IMG/VR virus record: IMGVR_UViG_3300025133_000026
Origin: a virus
Length of the DNA stretch: 64,000 nt
Direction: 5' to 3' (one strand)
The translations under genes and the position numbers were made by a program. This document shows positions 46,301 through 54,575 of this stretch, in pieces; the first letter of the stretch is position 1; each line of letters begins with the position of its first letter. Under the pieces are notes generated by a model. It had not been told where the DNA came from, made no database searches, and saw nothing but the letters and a program-made list of their open reading frames with translations.

Positions 46301-48801
46301 GTTGTTACTCCAATAAGCCTGTCTTGCATTCTTCGTCCTCGAACGGAAAAGATCGGCTTTCCAGTCTCTGCATCAAGACCCAAGAAAACACCTTTTGGCA
46401 AATCCATATCAGGAAGACCTTGCTTTAGATAATCATCTACAAAAGGTGAAGAAACTCCAGCGCCAACAACTCTTTGAGTATGAGGCGAAGCAAACCGTAT
46501 TCCGTACCCACCTTTAGATGTTCTTGTTTTAAACTTCTCATGAAGATACATTTCACCCTCAAGCAAAGAAAGGTTCTTCTCAAGAGTCATCACTTTCTTA
46601 TCATCAATGACTTCAAAAGTTAATGCATGTGGGTTTAGGTAACCATATTTTCCGAGCAGCTCTTCTTCAAATTTGGCCCCAGGGTTTACTGGCATCCAAC
46701 GGTTAAAAGCCTTCAAAGGTCCGCCTCGCATCGCAGCGCCCTTGTTCTTATCTAATTTCCACCCACCGTTAATGTGCGGACTAATGCCTTGTCCTGTTTG
46801 TACTTCTGTAGGAAGTACAACTGATATCTCTCTGAAGCTTTGATAGGGTCGTGACAATACAAAAGGCTCCATCTCTGCTTGTAAAACCTTTCCACTTGGA
46901 CCAGCAAGAGCCTCTTCTGAAGGAAGTCCAGAATACCAATCATAAGCAAGACGATTTTGCTTGTTGGTCATGATAAACATACCTTCCGCTGTTTGCTCAG
47001 GACCCATCAAGTGCACATTTGGTGACCCACCAAGGCGGGCCACGATTTTGTCTTTATCTTTTGTATAAAGTTTATTGTTAACATCTTCATAGATTTCTCT
47101 AGACACAGCAAGATTAGACTGAAGAACATTCTGTAATTCTGCCCCACTTGTTGAGCCAGGAGTGATGTAGCGAGAGAATTTTGAAATTCTCTCCATTCCG
47201 GATCTTAGAATACTTCGTCGCTCCCAGGGTCGAGTCTGGGGAGAAAGAATTCTTCCGAAAATATCTCTTCCTGCTTCCCATAGAGCAGTGCGTCCAGACA
47301 CACTTTTTTCAGCACCCTCTATTCCAACCCTTGACATTGTATAAGCACTGCCATTAGAAGTTAAATAAGTACTCCCTGCATGTTTTCCTGGGAGGATCAT
47401 TTCAAAAGGTCGGTGCGTCCCTTCCATAAACAACCGAACACGGAAGTAATTGCCAGGGTCAGAAGTATGCAAAGCACCTTGACGAAACAGAGTATCAACT
47501 TCAAGAGAAGCTCCTGTGGGTAATTGGTCAAGGCCAAGTCGTCTTGCTACTAGTTTTCTTTCTATATCTGTAGTAGCGCGGGATGAGACACCAGTACCAC
47601 CGAATCCTTTGTTACTTGGAAGAGGAGTGCCTCCATTTTTCAAATTGTCATGAAGAGTTATCATTAGCTCTGCATCTAATGCAGCATACTGCATTTGCTG
47701 AGCAGATAAAGGCCTGAGGCTCCAGTCTGACTGTTGGTAAAGTTTTTCTACCCTAACCCCCATCTCTCTCTCAACCAAAGCGGCAAGACTATGGCTATAA
47801 CCTTTTGTCTTGCCATATTTTTGCTGTGAGGCATCAAAAGTATCAAACACATTGTCAAGCTGTATACCAGCTTTTTCAAGAACTTCTTTTTCAAACTTAG
47901 AATAGTGGATTACTTTTGTTGCTGGCCCTTCCAAGATAGGCTTCAATACTTCTAAAGAAGAAAGTGTTTTCGCATCAATAATCCAAGTTCCTTCATTTGT
48001 CGCTAACTGAACGGTAGATATTTGTTTTGTTCCAAAAGTCTCAACATCGAGACCAAAAACCTCTACACCTTGAACACTTTTAACAAACTCTCCAACAGCT
48101 TGGGCACCAGAGAGAAACTTGACAGGCTTCGTCGTTTTTGCTGTTGGCAGAACGGGGGCTGGTAATGAGTAATCTCTTCGAGCCGCCCCCATGCCTTGAG
48201 AAAGTCCAGTAAACGAGATGTGTTCAGCTGAAACCCCGCCTCTTTTCAAGCTCTTTAGTTTCCCAAAAACACTACGATGACTGATTCCTTGGATTCTTAA
48301 AAACTCTCCTATTTCATTAGCACTAGCACCAGAGAGATATCTGGCAGCATCAGCCATTGTATCCATCTTTCTGTTGTGGGTAGGGTCAAGCATTGTTGAG
48401 AATGCAGCCAAGCGAAGAAGAGGAAGTTCTTTTGCTGAGGTTTTCTTAGAAAAGTCTATAACTTCTTTTGCTAAACTAGCATCGTGCTGTGCGCTGCTGT
48501 GCCGTTGAAAACGCCCGGCGGTCTCAGCGACTAAACTCCCCAAGTCACGGAAGCCTCGTGATTTACGAGAAGGTAAGGTTAAGCTTGGTCGCGATGGAGT
48601 AGGAGAAGGCAGATTCCCCTCTTTCGTTGTTGTAAAAAGACTGTCCGTCCATGCTCCAATATCTTTAAGAGCGTCAACAACCTCGTCTTGATTTCGAGAA
48701 ATAGTCCATGCTGCGGCACCCAATGCAGGAGCCATTCCAACTATAGTGCCCATGCTGGAGAAAATGCCGCCTAAGCCTGATTGTTCTAAATCATTGCTCA
48801 T
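43339..48801 (-). CDS. Putative virion two-barrel (DPBB) RNA polymerase with inserted DEDDy 3'-5' exonuclease, in the tape-measure position (1820 aa)
   Basis: Exonuclease: LDVET, HYSKFE, SDWSLRPLS, YAALD. Beta-like: LGEGTKLQQGISGGWKTT. Beta-prime-like: WRFPT...MTLDFDKDMVAI. Hydrophobic segments at both termini. Confidence 0.7.
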   Translation of the reverse strand: MSNDLEQSGLGGIFSSMGTIVGMAPALGAAAWTISRNQDEVVDALKDIGAWTDSLFTTTKEGNLPSPTPSRPSLTLPSRKSRGFRDLGSLVAETAGRFQRHSSAQHDASLAKEVIDFSKKTSAKELPLLRLAAFSTMLDPTHNRKMDTMADAARYLSGASANEIGEFLRIQGISHRSVFGKLKSLKRGGVSAEHISFTGLSQGMGAARRDYSLPAPVLPTAKTTKPVKFLSGAQAVGEFVKSVQGVEVFGLDVETFGTKQISTVQLATNEGTWIIDAKTLSSLEVLKPILEGPATKVIHYSKFEKEVLEKAGIQLDNVFDTFDASQQKYGKTKGYSHSLAALVEREMGVRVEKLYQQSDWSLRPLSAQQMQYAALDAELMITLHDNLKNGGTPLPSNKGFGGTGVSSRATTDIERKLVARRLGLDQLPTGASLEVDTLFRQGALHTSDPGNYFRVRLFMEGTHRPFEMILPGKHAGSTYLTSNGSAYTMSRVGIEGAEKSVSGRTALWEAGRDIFGRILSPQTRPWERRSILRSGMERISKFSRYITPGSTSGAELQNVLQSNLAVSREIYEDVNNKLYTKDKDKIVARLGGSPNVHLMGPEQTAEGMFIMTNKQNRLAYDWYSGLPSEEALAGPSGKVLQAEMEPFVLSRPYQSFREISVVLPTEVQTGQGISPHINGGWKLDKNKGAAMRGGPLKAFNRWMPVNPGAKFEEELLGKYGYLNPHALTFEVIDDKKVMTLEKNLSLLEGEMYLHEKFKTRTSKGGYGIRFASPHTQRVVGAGVSSPFVDDYLKQGLPDMDLPKGVFLGLDAETGKPIFSVRGRRMQDRLIGVTTDEAGNRVLQMQRIFGLGEGTKLQQGISGGWKTTLKFIDDKMMGTILGRINPADADSADYKLLSQGVEAVTTSATSVKQGAYGVKRQVAGALKYWASATLSAESDRRQKMKGILGVSPLDYLQGKMAKGAAGTLEDFMRAALLEAREIGVFGSALQTGTAFKGAAKVLGAKKFGGLLKDVGLSVAERKQVMTSIEQASGVISWGALVPADDPTLNKGRFATLEARSLDGLMTAGWKLGDKDLSSAMIQDLMSAISGENRGAVRMAATLRRSLSSLHGGKLPSESMNVMGYADSLLLDKERLYPKKDFLLDLRKVSPSQVDAVADIVPERFMLPGEESLETGVGYYRQKNSGRVDFRHITKEITRNVSGLRDAKSPEEARYFAKKLKTSMAKYSLAADKRITVNSLGPASSFVQAAGVSDLDLVLKAGKGSDEWAAAGRTIGEDLLGTLDQVDPGELKRTVFLSQNQARNLTRGAKLDAVSKKAFMKGESSMAGMIWRFPTVGEQSTQPVYLRVHQGLETADSSSRVVIQNRMKNINILNESAKQLLGGTIEADLGMAPGMTLDFDKDMVAIKIMQEKNAISIMTENKAGWAKFEQQFEARAAEQQILSKVLKKQMEQVNSQAAMGGLSRAAYKQRYSKDIGPLSRALEEVKYAVLTQSKDQDFISRTVNLLAVAEETGTLKAKKLERAPTLSRDLASALSSGGGRDPDILKFISHLSQELIPEELATGIDYSVGDGETRTLKVDDDYFHKLVNTFGDYLGSDDRKVFDVYRRKREQHGRDLSVEGLIKARELAKKSGDPGSAVLAAMLGEAEAAGASRETIEAINTELGDRARRAAGKLGDRFFGAPILLGLAGSALAFGLLGDPGYSPQPLLAEGEKVDPRILNAIRSGELLNAQRSQEPQMSIHQPVGSTDFLPDSQFHQPRMSLSRQGTSTRMSIRDDMSRINMGGFHQALRERLNKTSINSRIEDRRRVLSPAELNRERRKYE

Positions 48802-51800
48802 TTGAATCTATCCTCATATTTCTTTCTCATAGCAAAACGAGAGTCTTCTATATTGAGACGAACATCATTTCTACTTTGACTAGATCTTACATCAGAGACC
48901 TCAAGGTCATAGTCTATGATACCAAAGTCAGAGGCTGTCTGGTCGATTATCCTACGAACATCGTTTGAATTTTCTTTTGGAGACATCATTTCATCAACCA
49001 TCTCTTCATTGATGTATGGTTTTCTTGCAAGAAGCCTGACATGACTATCCCAGAAACCAAAATCATGAATATCCATACCTTCAGACATTGCATACTTTAA
49101 CTTAACATCCTCTAAGTCTACACCTGGATGAAAGCCCAGCCAAGAGCGGTCGGGAATGCCACCCTTTTCATCAAAATAAGCAATAACCTCAGCCGGGTCT
49201 GGTTGGTATGCGCTATAGGCTTCTTGTAGTCGTTCTAATGTTGCTGTGTCTCCAGAAAGTTCAGCATCCATGCGAGCCCATTGGGCTTGATAAATACGTC
49301 TATAAGATTCTGGAATCAACTGCAGAATTTCTTCTCTTTCGCTTAATGATCGCGCTGAAGAAAATGCATCAAAATATTTTCTTTGTACTGCAGGGAGGGC
49401 TGCACGGATAATATTCTGATCACCAAAAGCATCAACGCCAGTTACTGTATTGCTTTGTAAACGAATATAATCTTGCGCCTTAGAGCTGTCTCCTTCATTC
49501 AAAGCATTTTTTGCTAGGAGATTCCACTTTAAATACTCAAGTTTATCAAAATGTTCTTCAACATCTCTTACATCTTGCAGATAAGAAGGTGCACCGAATC
49601 CAAGAAGCCCCCTAAAAGAATTAAAGGCAGGACGAACCCAGTCACGAATTGGCTTGTCCCAGAAAGCTAATTGAGTACCATGCATATGATATTGTTCATA
49701 ATGCTCAACAGGGGTTTCTACCCCTGAGAGTAATTTACTGAATGGACGGAAGCCAAACGGGAACAGGTATTCGACTGGAGCAACAAGTTTTTTGAATGCA
49801 ACTGTCCATCCTCTTCCGGCGCCACTAAAAAAAGCTTTTGCTTTTGTTTGCTCATTCATATCAGTGACTTGACCAAAAAGCTTATTTCTTCTATTCTTTA
49901 ATCTTTGATCAATTCTATTCAGTTTAGCCAATGTAGCTTCGCTATAGATGCCAGCTTCAATTCTTCTATTGATTTGTGTTTCAACTGTTCTGAATTCAGA
50001 AGACCAATAGGCTACATCAGAAAGAATCTTGTATTTATGTTCAAGGGGATAGTCTTCTGGATTTAATCCTTCAAGCTCAGGGTGCAGGGCTGCATACCCA
50101 GGCCCAGGCATTCGCCCTTCTCCATATGGAATGTTATATGGATCTCCCGTTCTCAAATCCTTTGGCAGCCAAGAAGGCATCGCATTTGGAATCGGGTTGT
50201 ATTCTTTGATTTCAGAACCCTTTGCAGGGTAATATCGACGAATAGCTTCCGAGGCAAACAGAAGACCGCCTAGTTCCATATCCCAAAATTTCTTACTAAT
50301 GCTAGAAATCTGTTCTGCAGACTGGAGTCTTGTGTCTTGAGAGAATAATCTTGGATCTCCACCACTAGTTATTCCGACATAAGTCTGTTGTAAGAAACCA
50401 ACCAAACCTGCTTGTTCACTGCTACTGTACAAGAAATCAGAAAATCGATTCTTGGGAGAGAAAGGAGAAACAGGGACAGCAGCGCCCAGACCGCCTAGTT
50501 CTGGAATTGGCGGTGTCGATAAACTATCGGGCGGATGGAGCATTTCAAGTTCACCAGATTCGCTTACTTGGACCCACTCTCCAAGATGCATTAGCTTGGG
50601 TGGTTTTAGAACCCTACCCACAGTAGACGCCAGAATCTCTCCAACAAAAGGAACATCATTAAAAGCAGTTGCCGTAATTGGGTATGGTCTGCTTTCATAA
50701 TTGCGTCGCTCTAACTCATATGTAAAGTTCTTTAAAAAGAACTTTTGTAAAGGAGAAAGCTGGTCTTCTGTTACACCCCAAGCTGCTTTTTCAACAGCTC
50801 TTGACATCATTAATGGATACCAGTGAGGTTTGTGGTGGGTAATGTCAGCACCTTCATAAGGTGTTCCTCCAGCCTCCCAAAGCCTACCTCTTCTTACAGC
50901 AACTTGTTCGTCTCCGGAATAAAGTGCTTTTAATTCTTCTGGACTTTCTTTAGAAGCTAACTGACCTGTTGCAAGAGCCCATGCTCCTGCACCCGCTAAG
51001 AACCGAATAGCCCCGCCTCGCAATGGCAAATGTCGATTCTTCCACCAGATAGTGGATCTATTTAACTCTTCTAATAATTTTCCACCACCAGAAGTGAAGG
51101 CGGCCTTCGTTTGTCTCCACCCTTTACCAAGAAACCCGTCTCCTTGGTTGATATAATCTGCCCATCTTTCATCGATTGATTTTTGAAGTGCTATCCTTGG
51201 GTTCTCGCTAGAAAGACCATGAAGCATGTCTTGTTCTACACTATTCCAGGTTTCCTTCGCAGCATCGAGATAGCCTGTTAAAGTGGTTGGAGATCTGGTT
51301 CTCATTCGAGAAGCCCAGTCTCTCCATCGATCAAAATAACCGTGAACTGGTCGTGTTTCTGATACAGCCAATCCTGCTGATCGAATAGCACTCTCTCCTA
51401 CAAAGGTATTAAGCATTTTACGCCCACCAACACCAACAACAAGACCGGCCAACAAAGCAGTTTCCGGTTTTGAGGCAATTGGATGAAGGGAGTCTGCTAA
51501 TTCTCTGTGCCCTGCTCCGATAAAAGGCAATACACCACCAAAAGCATGAGACATATGTGATCTAAAAAGGTTTCCTCTGGTCAGGACTGTTCCAAGGCCC
51601 GGCAAAATACCTTCATCGAAAACAGGAGCAAGGGTAGCGAGCGCAGTACCTGCCCCAACCAAAGCAGAAACTCGAGGAGAAGCACTATAAGCACCTCTGG
51701 CAATAATACCAGTCATTGCACCATAAGCACCAGCAGAAACAAAATTTCCTAGTTCGTCGTTTCTTCGAAGCCAGTCAGCCGTAGATAAGCCTAATCCGAC

Positions 51801-52757
51801 AATACCAATCTTCGCGCCAAGCTTTGCATAACGCGCTTGCATGCTAAAGAAAGACCCCTCTTTAACAACCATATTAAAATTAGGAAGAAAAGAACCCAGG
51901 ATAGGAACTTCTTCTATAAACGTAGAAACTAATTGATTAAGACGTTGGCTAGCAAACGCACCAACTGTTCGTGCGTACTGAAGAGCAAAACCAGTCCTTG
52001 GGCTCAATTCCCCAAAATGAGGAAGAGAGACGCGGGAAGAAGCAGGAACAAACTCAGGCAGCTGGCGGACTCTTTGTCTTTCTAATATTGCTAAGTCTTC
52101 CGCTCGACTTAAATTGACCTCGGCTTGTGTCCTTGGAGCCCCAGAATATGCTGATCTCTCTGAGGTTAATTGTTGATGGAGGTCTTCGTCAACAAGAGAA
52201 AGATGTGCCGCAAAGAATCTATCGTAAGAGGAGTTTAGTGGATCTCCTCTTCTTAGAAGAAATATGTTGTCTGCTAAAGTTCGGCCGTTGAGGGTTAGCC
52301 TTCCACTAAATTCACCGGTTCTATGAAACTGCATAGCGGCATCACGAGCATGGAAGCCACGAGCAGCCAATTGGGTTTCAGACATACCGGTGACTTGACT
52401 AATATATCTTGCTGTATTTCTTCTATTATTTCCAAGGAAATTGGTAGCAATGTTTACGGTACCACCAACAATTTTTTCATGCTCAACAAACGGAGAGACA
52501 ATACCTGGTAGTCTGAGGGTAGGACCAAAGAAAGGAATGGCTTGTTCGAAGCCAGCAAGGCCTCTGTAGAGCCACGTAAAGCCCGTATCGCCCTGATAGG
52601 TCTTACGTCCTGCTGCCCAGAGAGCAGCGCCTCCTGCAGCCGTCCAGGCCCCAGTACGCGCAACTTGGCCCCAAGGACTGGAACCCCCATACACAGTGGG
52701 CTCAGATGACCAAGTAGGTCTCTGAGCCCTTTGTTGGTACTCTCTTGATACGGCCAT
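48798..52757 (-). CDS. Tape-measure-like / ejection protein with several hydrophobic segments (1319 aa)
   Basis: First large ORF after the chaperones; helical, Ala/Gly-rich with multiple TM-like stretches. Confidence 0.6.
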   Translation of the reverse strand: MAVSREYQQRAQRPTWSSEPTVYGGSSPWGQVARTGAWTAAGGAALWAAGRKTYQGDTGFTWLYRGLAGFEQAIPFFGPTLRLPGIVSPFVEHEKIVGGTVNIATNFLGNNRRNTARYISQVTGMSETQLAARGFHARDAAMQFHRTGEFSGRLTLNGRTLADNIFLLRRGDPLNSSYDRFFAAHLSLVDEDLHQQLTSERSAYSGAPRTQAEVNLSRAEDLAILERQRVRQLPEFVPASSRVSLPHFGELSPRTGFALQYARTVGAFASQRLNQLVSTFIEEVPILGSFLPNFNMVVKEGSFFSMQARYAKLGAKIGIVGLGLSTADWLRRNDELGNFVSAGAYGAMTGIIARGAYSASPRVSALVGAGTALATLAPVFDEGILPGLGTVLTRGNLFRSHMSHAFGGVLPFIGAGHRELADSLHPIASKPETALLAGLVVGVGGRKMLNTFVGESAIRSAGLAVSETRPVHGYFDRWRDWASRMRTRSPTTLTGYLDAAKETWNSVEQDMLHGLSSENPRIALQKSIDERWADYINQGDGFLGKGWRQTKAAFTSGGGKLLEELNRSTIWWKNRHLPLRGGAIRFLAGAGAWALATGQLASKESPEELKALYSGDEQVAVRRGRLWEAGGTPYEGADITHHKPHWYPLMMSRAVEKAAWGVTEDQLSPLQKFFLKNFTYELERRNYESRPYPITATAFNDVPFVGEILASTVGRVLKPPKLMHLGEWVQVSESGELEMLHPPDSLSTPPIPELGGLGAAVPVSPFSPKNRFSDFLYSSSEQAGLVGFLQQTYVGITSGGDPRLFSQDTRLQSAEQISSISKKFWDMELGGLLFASEAIRRYYPAKGSEIKEYNPIPNAMPSWLPKDLRTGDPYNIPYGEGRMPGPGYAALHPELEGLNPEDYPLEHKYKILSDVAYWSSEFRTVETQINRRIEAGIYSEATLAKLNRIDQRLKNRRNKLFGQVTDMNEQTKAKAFFSGAGRGWTVAFKKLVAPVEYLFPFGFRPFSKLLSGVETPVEHYEQYHMHGTQLAFWDKPIRDWVRPAFNSFRGLLGFGAPSYLQDVRDVEEHFDKLEYLKWNLLAKNALNEGDSSKAQDYIRLQSNTVTGVDAFGDQNIIRAALPAVQRKYFDAFSSARSLSEREEILQLIPESYRRIYQAQWARMDAELSGDTATLERLQEAYSAYQPDPAEVIAYFDEKGGIPDRSWLGFHPGVDLEDVKLKYAMSEGMDIHDFGFWDSHVRLLARKPYINEEMVDEMMSPKENSNDVRRIIDQTASDFGIIDYDLEVSDVRSSQSRNDVRLNIEDSRFAMRKKYEDRFK

Positions 52758-53359
52758 TAAATATTCCTTAAGGCTCTTGTCTCTTCCGCTATCTTACGAG
52801 AATCGAGAACACCCGATTGTTTTACATTCTGATTGTTCGCTGTAATTTCATATGGCTTTTCAATTATACCACGCTCTAGAAGAACACTTTCGGCCATAGC
52901 AAACAGTCTTATCAGTTCTTGGAATTCAGTTTGTTCCAAGGTTTTTAGATTGTATGAGGGGAAAACTTGCATAATGACAGACTTGATTTGACAATCGACA
53001 GTACCAACATAACCTCTTTGAACATTTAGGGTTTGTTGTAGTTCATTTAATTGATCAATATTCGAGGCCGTAAAAATGAATTTGCCCACAGTGGATATAA
53101 TCCCTGCAGGCAATTCAAGATTCTCTAAGAGACTTTCTTCCATTTTCAGAAGATTCTTCCACCAATCTCCAACAACACATAGTTGAAAAACGTGAATCCA
53201 AATTTCAAATTCTGGTATTCCATTCAAAAGAGAAGATTGATAGAGAGAATGCTCCTTATTGTTTAGAAGACGAAAAGGAACAATCTGTCCATCTCTTAGT
53301 GTCAACCCATAGACTTCTGTACCTTTGGATATTTTCATATCCAGAATGTCTTGGTGCAT
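52757..53359 (-). CDS. Tail assembly chaperone, paralog 2
   Basis: VYGL...FRLLNNKE...CVV...LPAGIISTV...S mirrors the upstream chaperone. Confidence 0.6.
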   Translation of the reverse strand: MHQDILDMKISKGTEVYGLTLRDGQIVPFRLLNNKEHSLYQSSLLNGIPEFEIWIHVFQLCVVGDWWKNLLKMEESLLENLELPAGIISTVGKFIFTASNIDQLNELQQTLNVQRGYVGTVDCQIKSVIMQVFPSYNLKTLEQTEFQELIRLFAMAESVLLERGIIEKPYEITANNQNVKQSGVLDSRKIAEETRALRNI

Positions 53360-53365
53360 AGAATT

Positions 53366-53923
53366 CTATAGCTTAACTACAAGACTCATCGCACGTTCAG
53401 GCTCAATGAAGTAAGAGGACTGCATAATTACTTCGAAAAGAAGATCTCTTAGTCCAGCCTGCTTCGTCATTGCGGAGGTCCCCGCCATTGCGGGCCAGAG
53501 GACACAACGTTGTACAACAGCATCTTTTAGCGCTTCTTGGTCTTGGACTAACTTCTCATTCGCAAGTAGTTGCTTATACCATTCAAAATGCTTTAGGTAG
53601 CGATAAACAAAAACATCACTACTGTGAAGAGGAAGAACATATAGATCACCATGTGCCGCTTTCCATGCAACTAGGTCTGCCTCTGACGGGCCATTTTCTA
53701 ACTGAAGAAGCAAATCCATCGGAGTTGGGCCTGCGGGTGCAGTAGCTTCTTCTTGGGCTTCGACGGCGGGGGAACCTTCTGCAGCAGCTCTTGCTGCTTC
53801 CACTTCTGCCATTCTTGCATCCATCGCTGACGGCTGTGCCTCCTTCTCTGGTGCCATTTGTGCAGCTTCCATAGCTGCTTTCTTTTTGGCTAATTCTTTA
53901 GCCATTGTACTCGTACTTGCCAT
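53366..53923 (-). CDS. Tail assembly chaperone, paralog 1
   Basis: AWKAAHGDLY...FVYRYLKHFEW...CVLWP...AGLRDLLFEVIMQSSYF; lies between tube genes and the tape-measure locus. Confidence 0.7.
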   Translation of the reverse strand: MASTSTMAKELAKKKAAMEAAQMAPEKEAQPSAMDARMAEVEAARAAAEGSPAVEAQEEATAPAGPTPMDLLLQLENGPSEADLVAWKAAHGDLYVLPLHSSDVFVYRYLKHFEWYKQLLANEKLVQDQEALKDAVVQRCVLWPAMAGTSAMTKQAGLRDLLFEVIMQSSYFIEPERAMSLVVKL

Positions 53924-53936
53924 TCTATAAAGCTCC

Positions 53937-54572
53937 TTATCTTATCTCTCTAGCAATAAAAGGATATGATTCAATGATTGGTTCGCCACCTACGCCCACC
54001 GTCTGTGCCGAACCTGTTATATGCACACCTGCTAGTTCTAAACTTGTTCTATTAGCTTCTGCCCCCAAATCAGGGGGAGGACCATATTGTACCCTAATTA
54101 CAAAAGATTGCGAATGTTCGTCTGGACGCTTAAAAGCTGTCGGGACTACTGTTGTGTCTGGAGTTGACCAGTACCTTTCTACAAGCAAGGCGCGCACCTC
54201 CTTATTCAGACCCGGCATGGTGCTATTTGGGTCTATTCGCTCTGTAACTTGAGCTATCTGATCTTTATCATTTAATACACTAACATACGATTCACCACCA
54301 CTCCCTTGTTGAGCCATGTCTATTAGAGTAGGAAGACGTGCTCCATCAAGAAAATTCATATGCAAAACACCAGAAACCTGTACGATCCCTGGAGCAACTG
54401 CATCATATAGAGAAGAAGCATAACCATAGATGGGTCTCTTCAGTTGAATAAGCTGGAACTCAACCCCAACTATTTCTGTTAGTAAACGAGAACCAATAAA
54501 GAGACCAATGTTCGCCCCACTGAAATAATCGTATGAATACGAAGTTTCTTCAACAAAACTATAATCGGCCAT
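53937..54572 (-). CDS. Tail tube-like protein, paralog 3
   Basis: YFSGANI...KRPIYGY...GIVQVSGVLHMNFLD...GEPIIESYPFIAR. Confidence 0.75.
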   Translation of the reverse strand: MADYSFVEETSYSYDYFSGANIGLFIGSRLLTEIVGVEFQLIQLKRPIYGYASSLYDAVAPGIVQVSGVLHMNFLDGARLPTLIDMAQQGSGGESYVSVLNDKDQIAQVTERIDPNSTMPGLNKEVRALLVERYWSTPDTTVVPTAFKRPDEHSQSFVIRVQYGPPPDLGAEANRTSLELAGVHITGSAQTVGVGGEPIIESYPFIAREIR

Positions 54573-54575
54573 CAG

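Noticed and set aside
43339-48801. Calling the 1820-aa ORF a family A DNA polymerase because of its 3'-5' exonuclease
   Set aside because: No PolA motifs A, B or C (DYSQIELR, KxxxFGxxYG, VHDE) are visible; the downstream motifs fit two-barrel RNAP instead.
53366-53420. Programmed -1 frameshift at the end of the first chaperone
   Set aside because: No X XXY YYZ heptamer near the stop; the next ORF has its own start.
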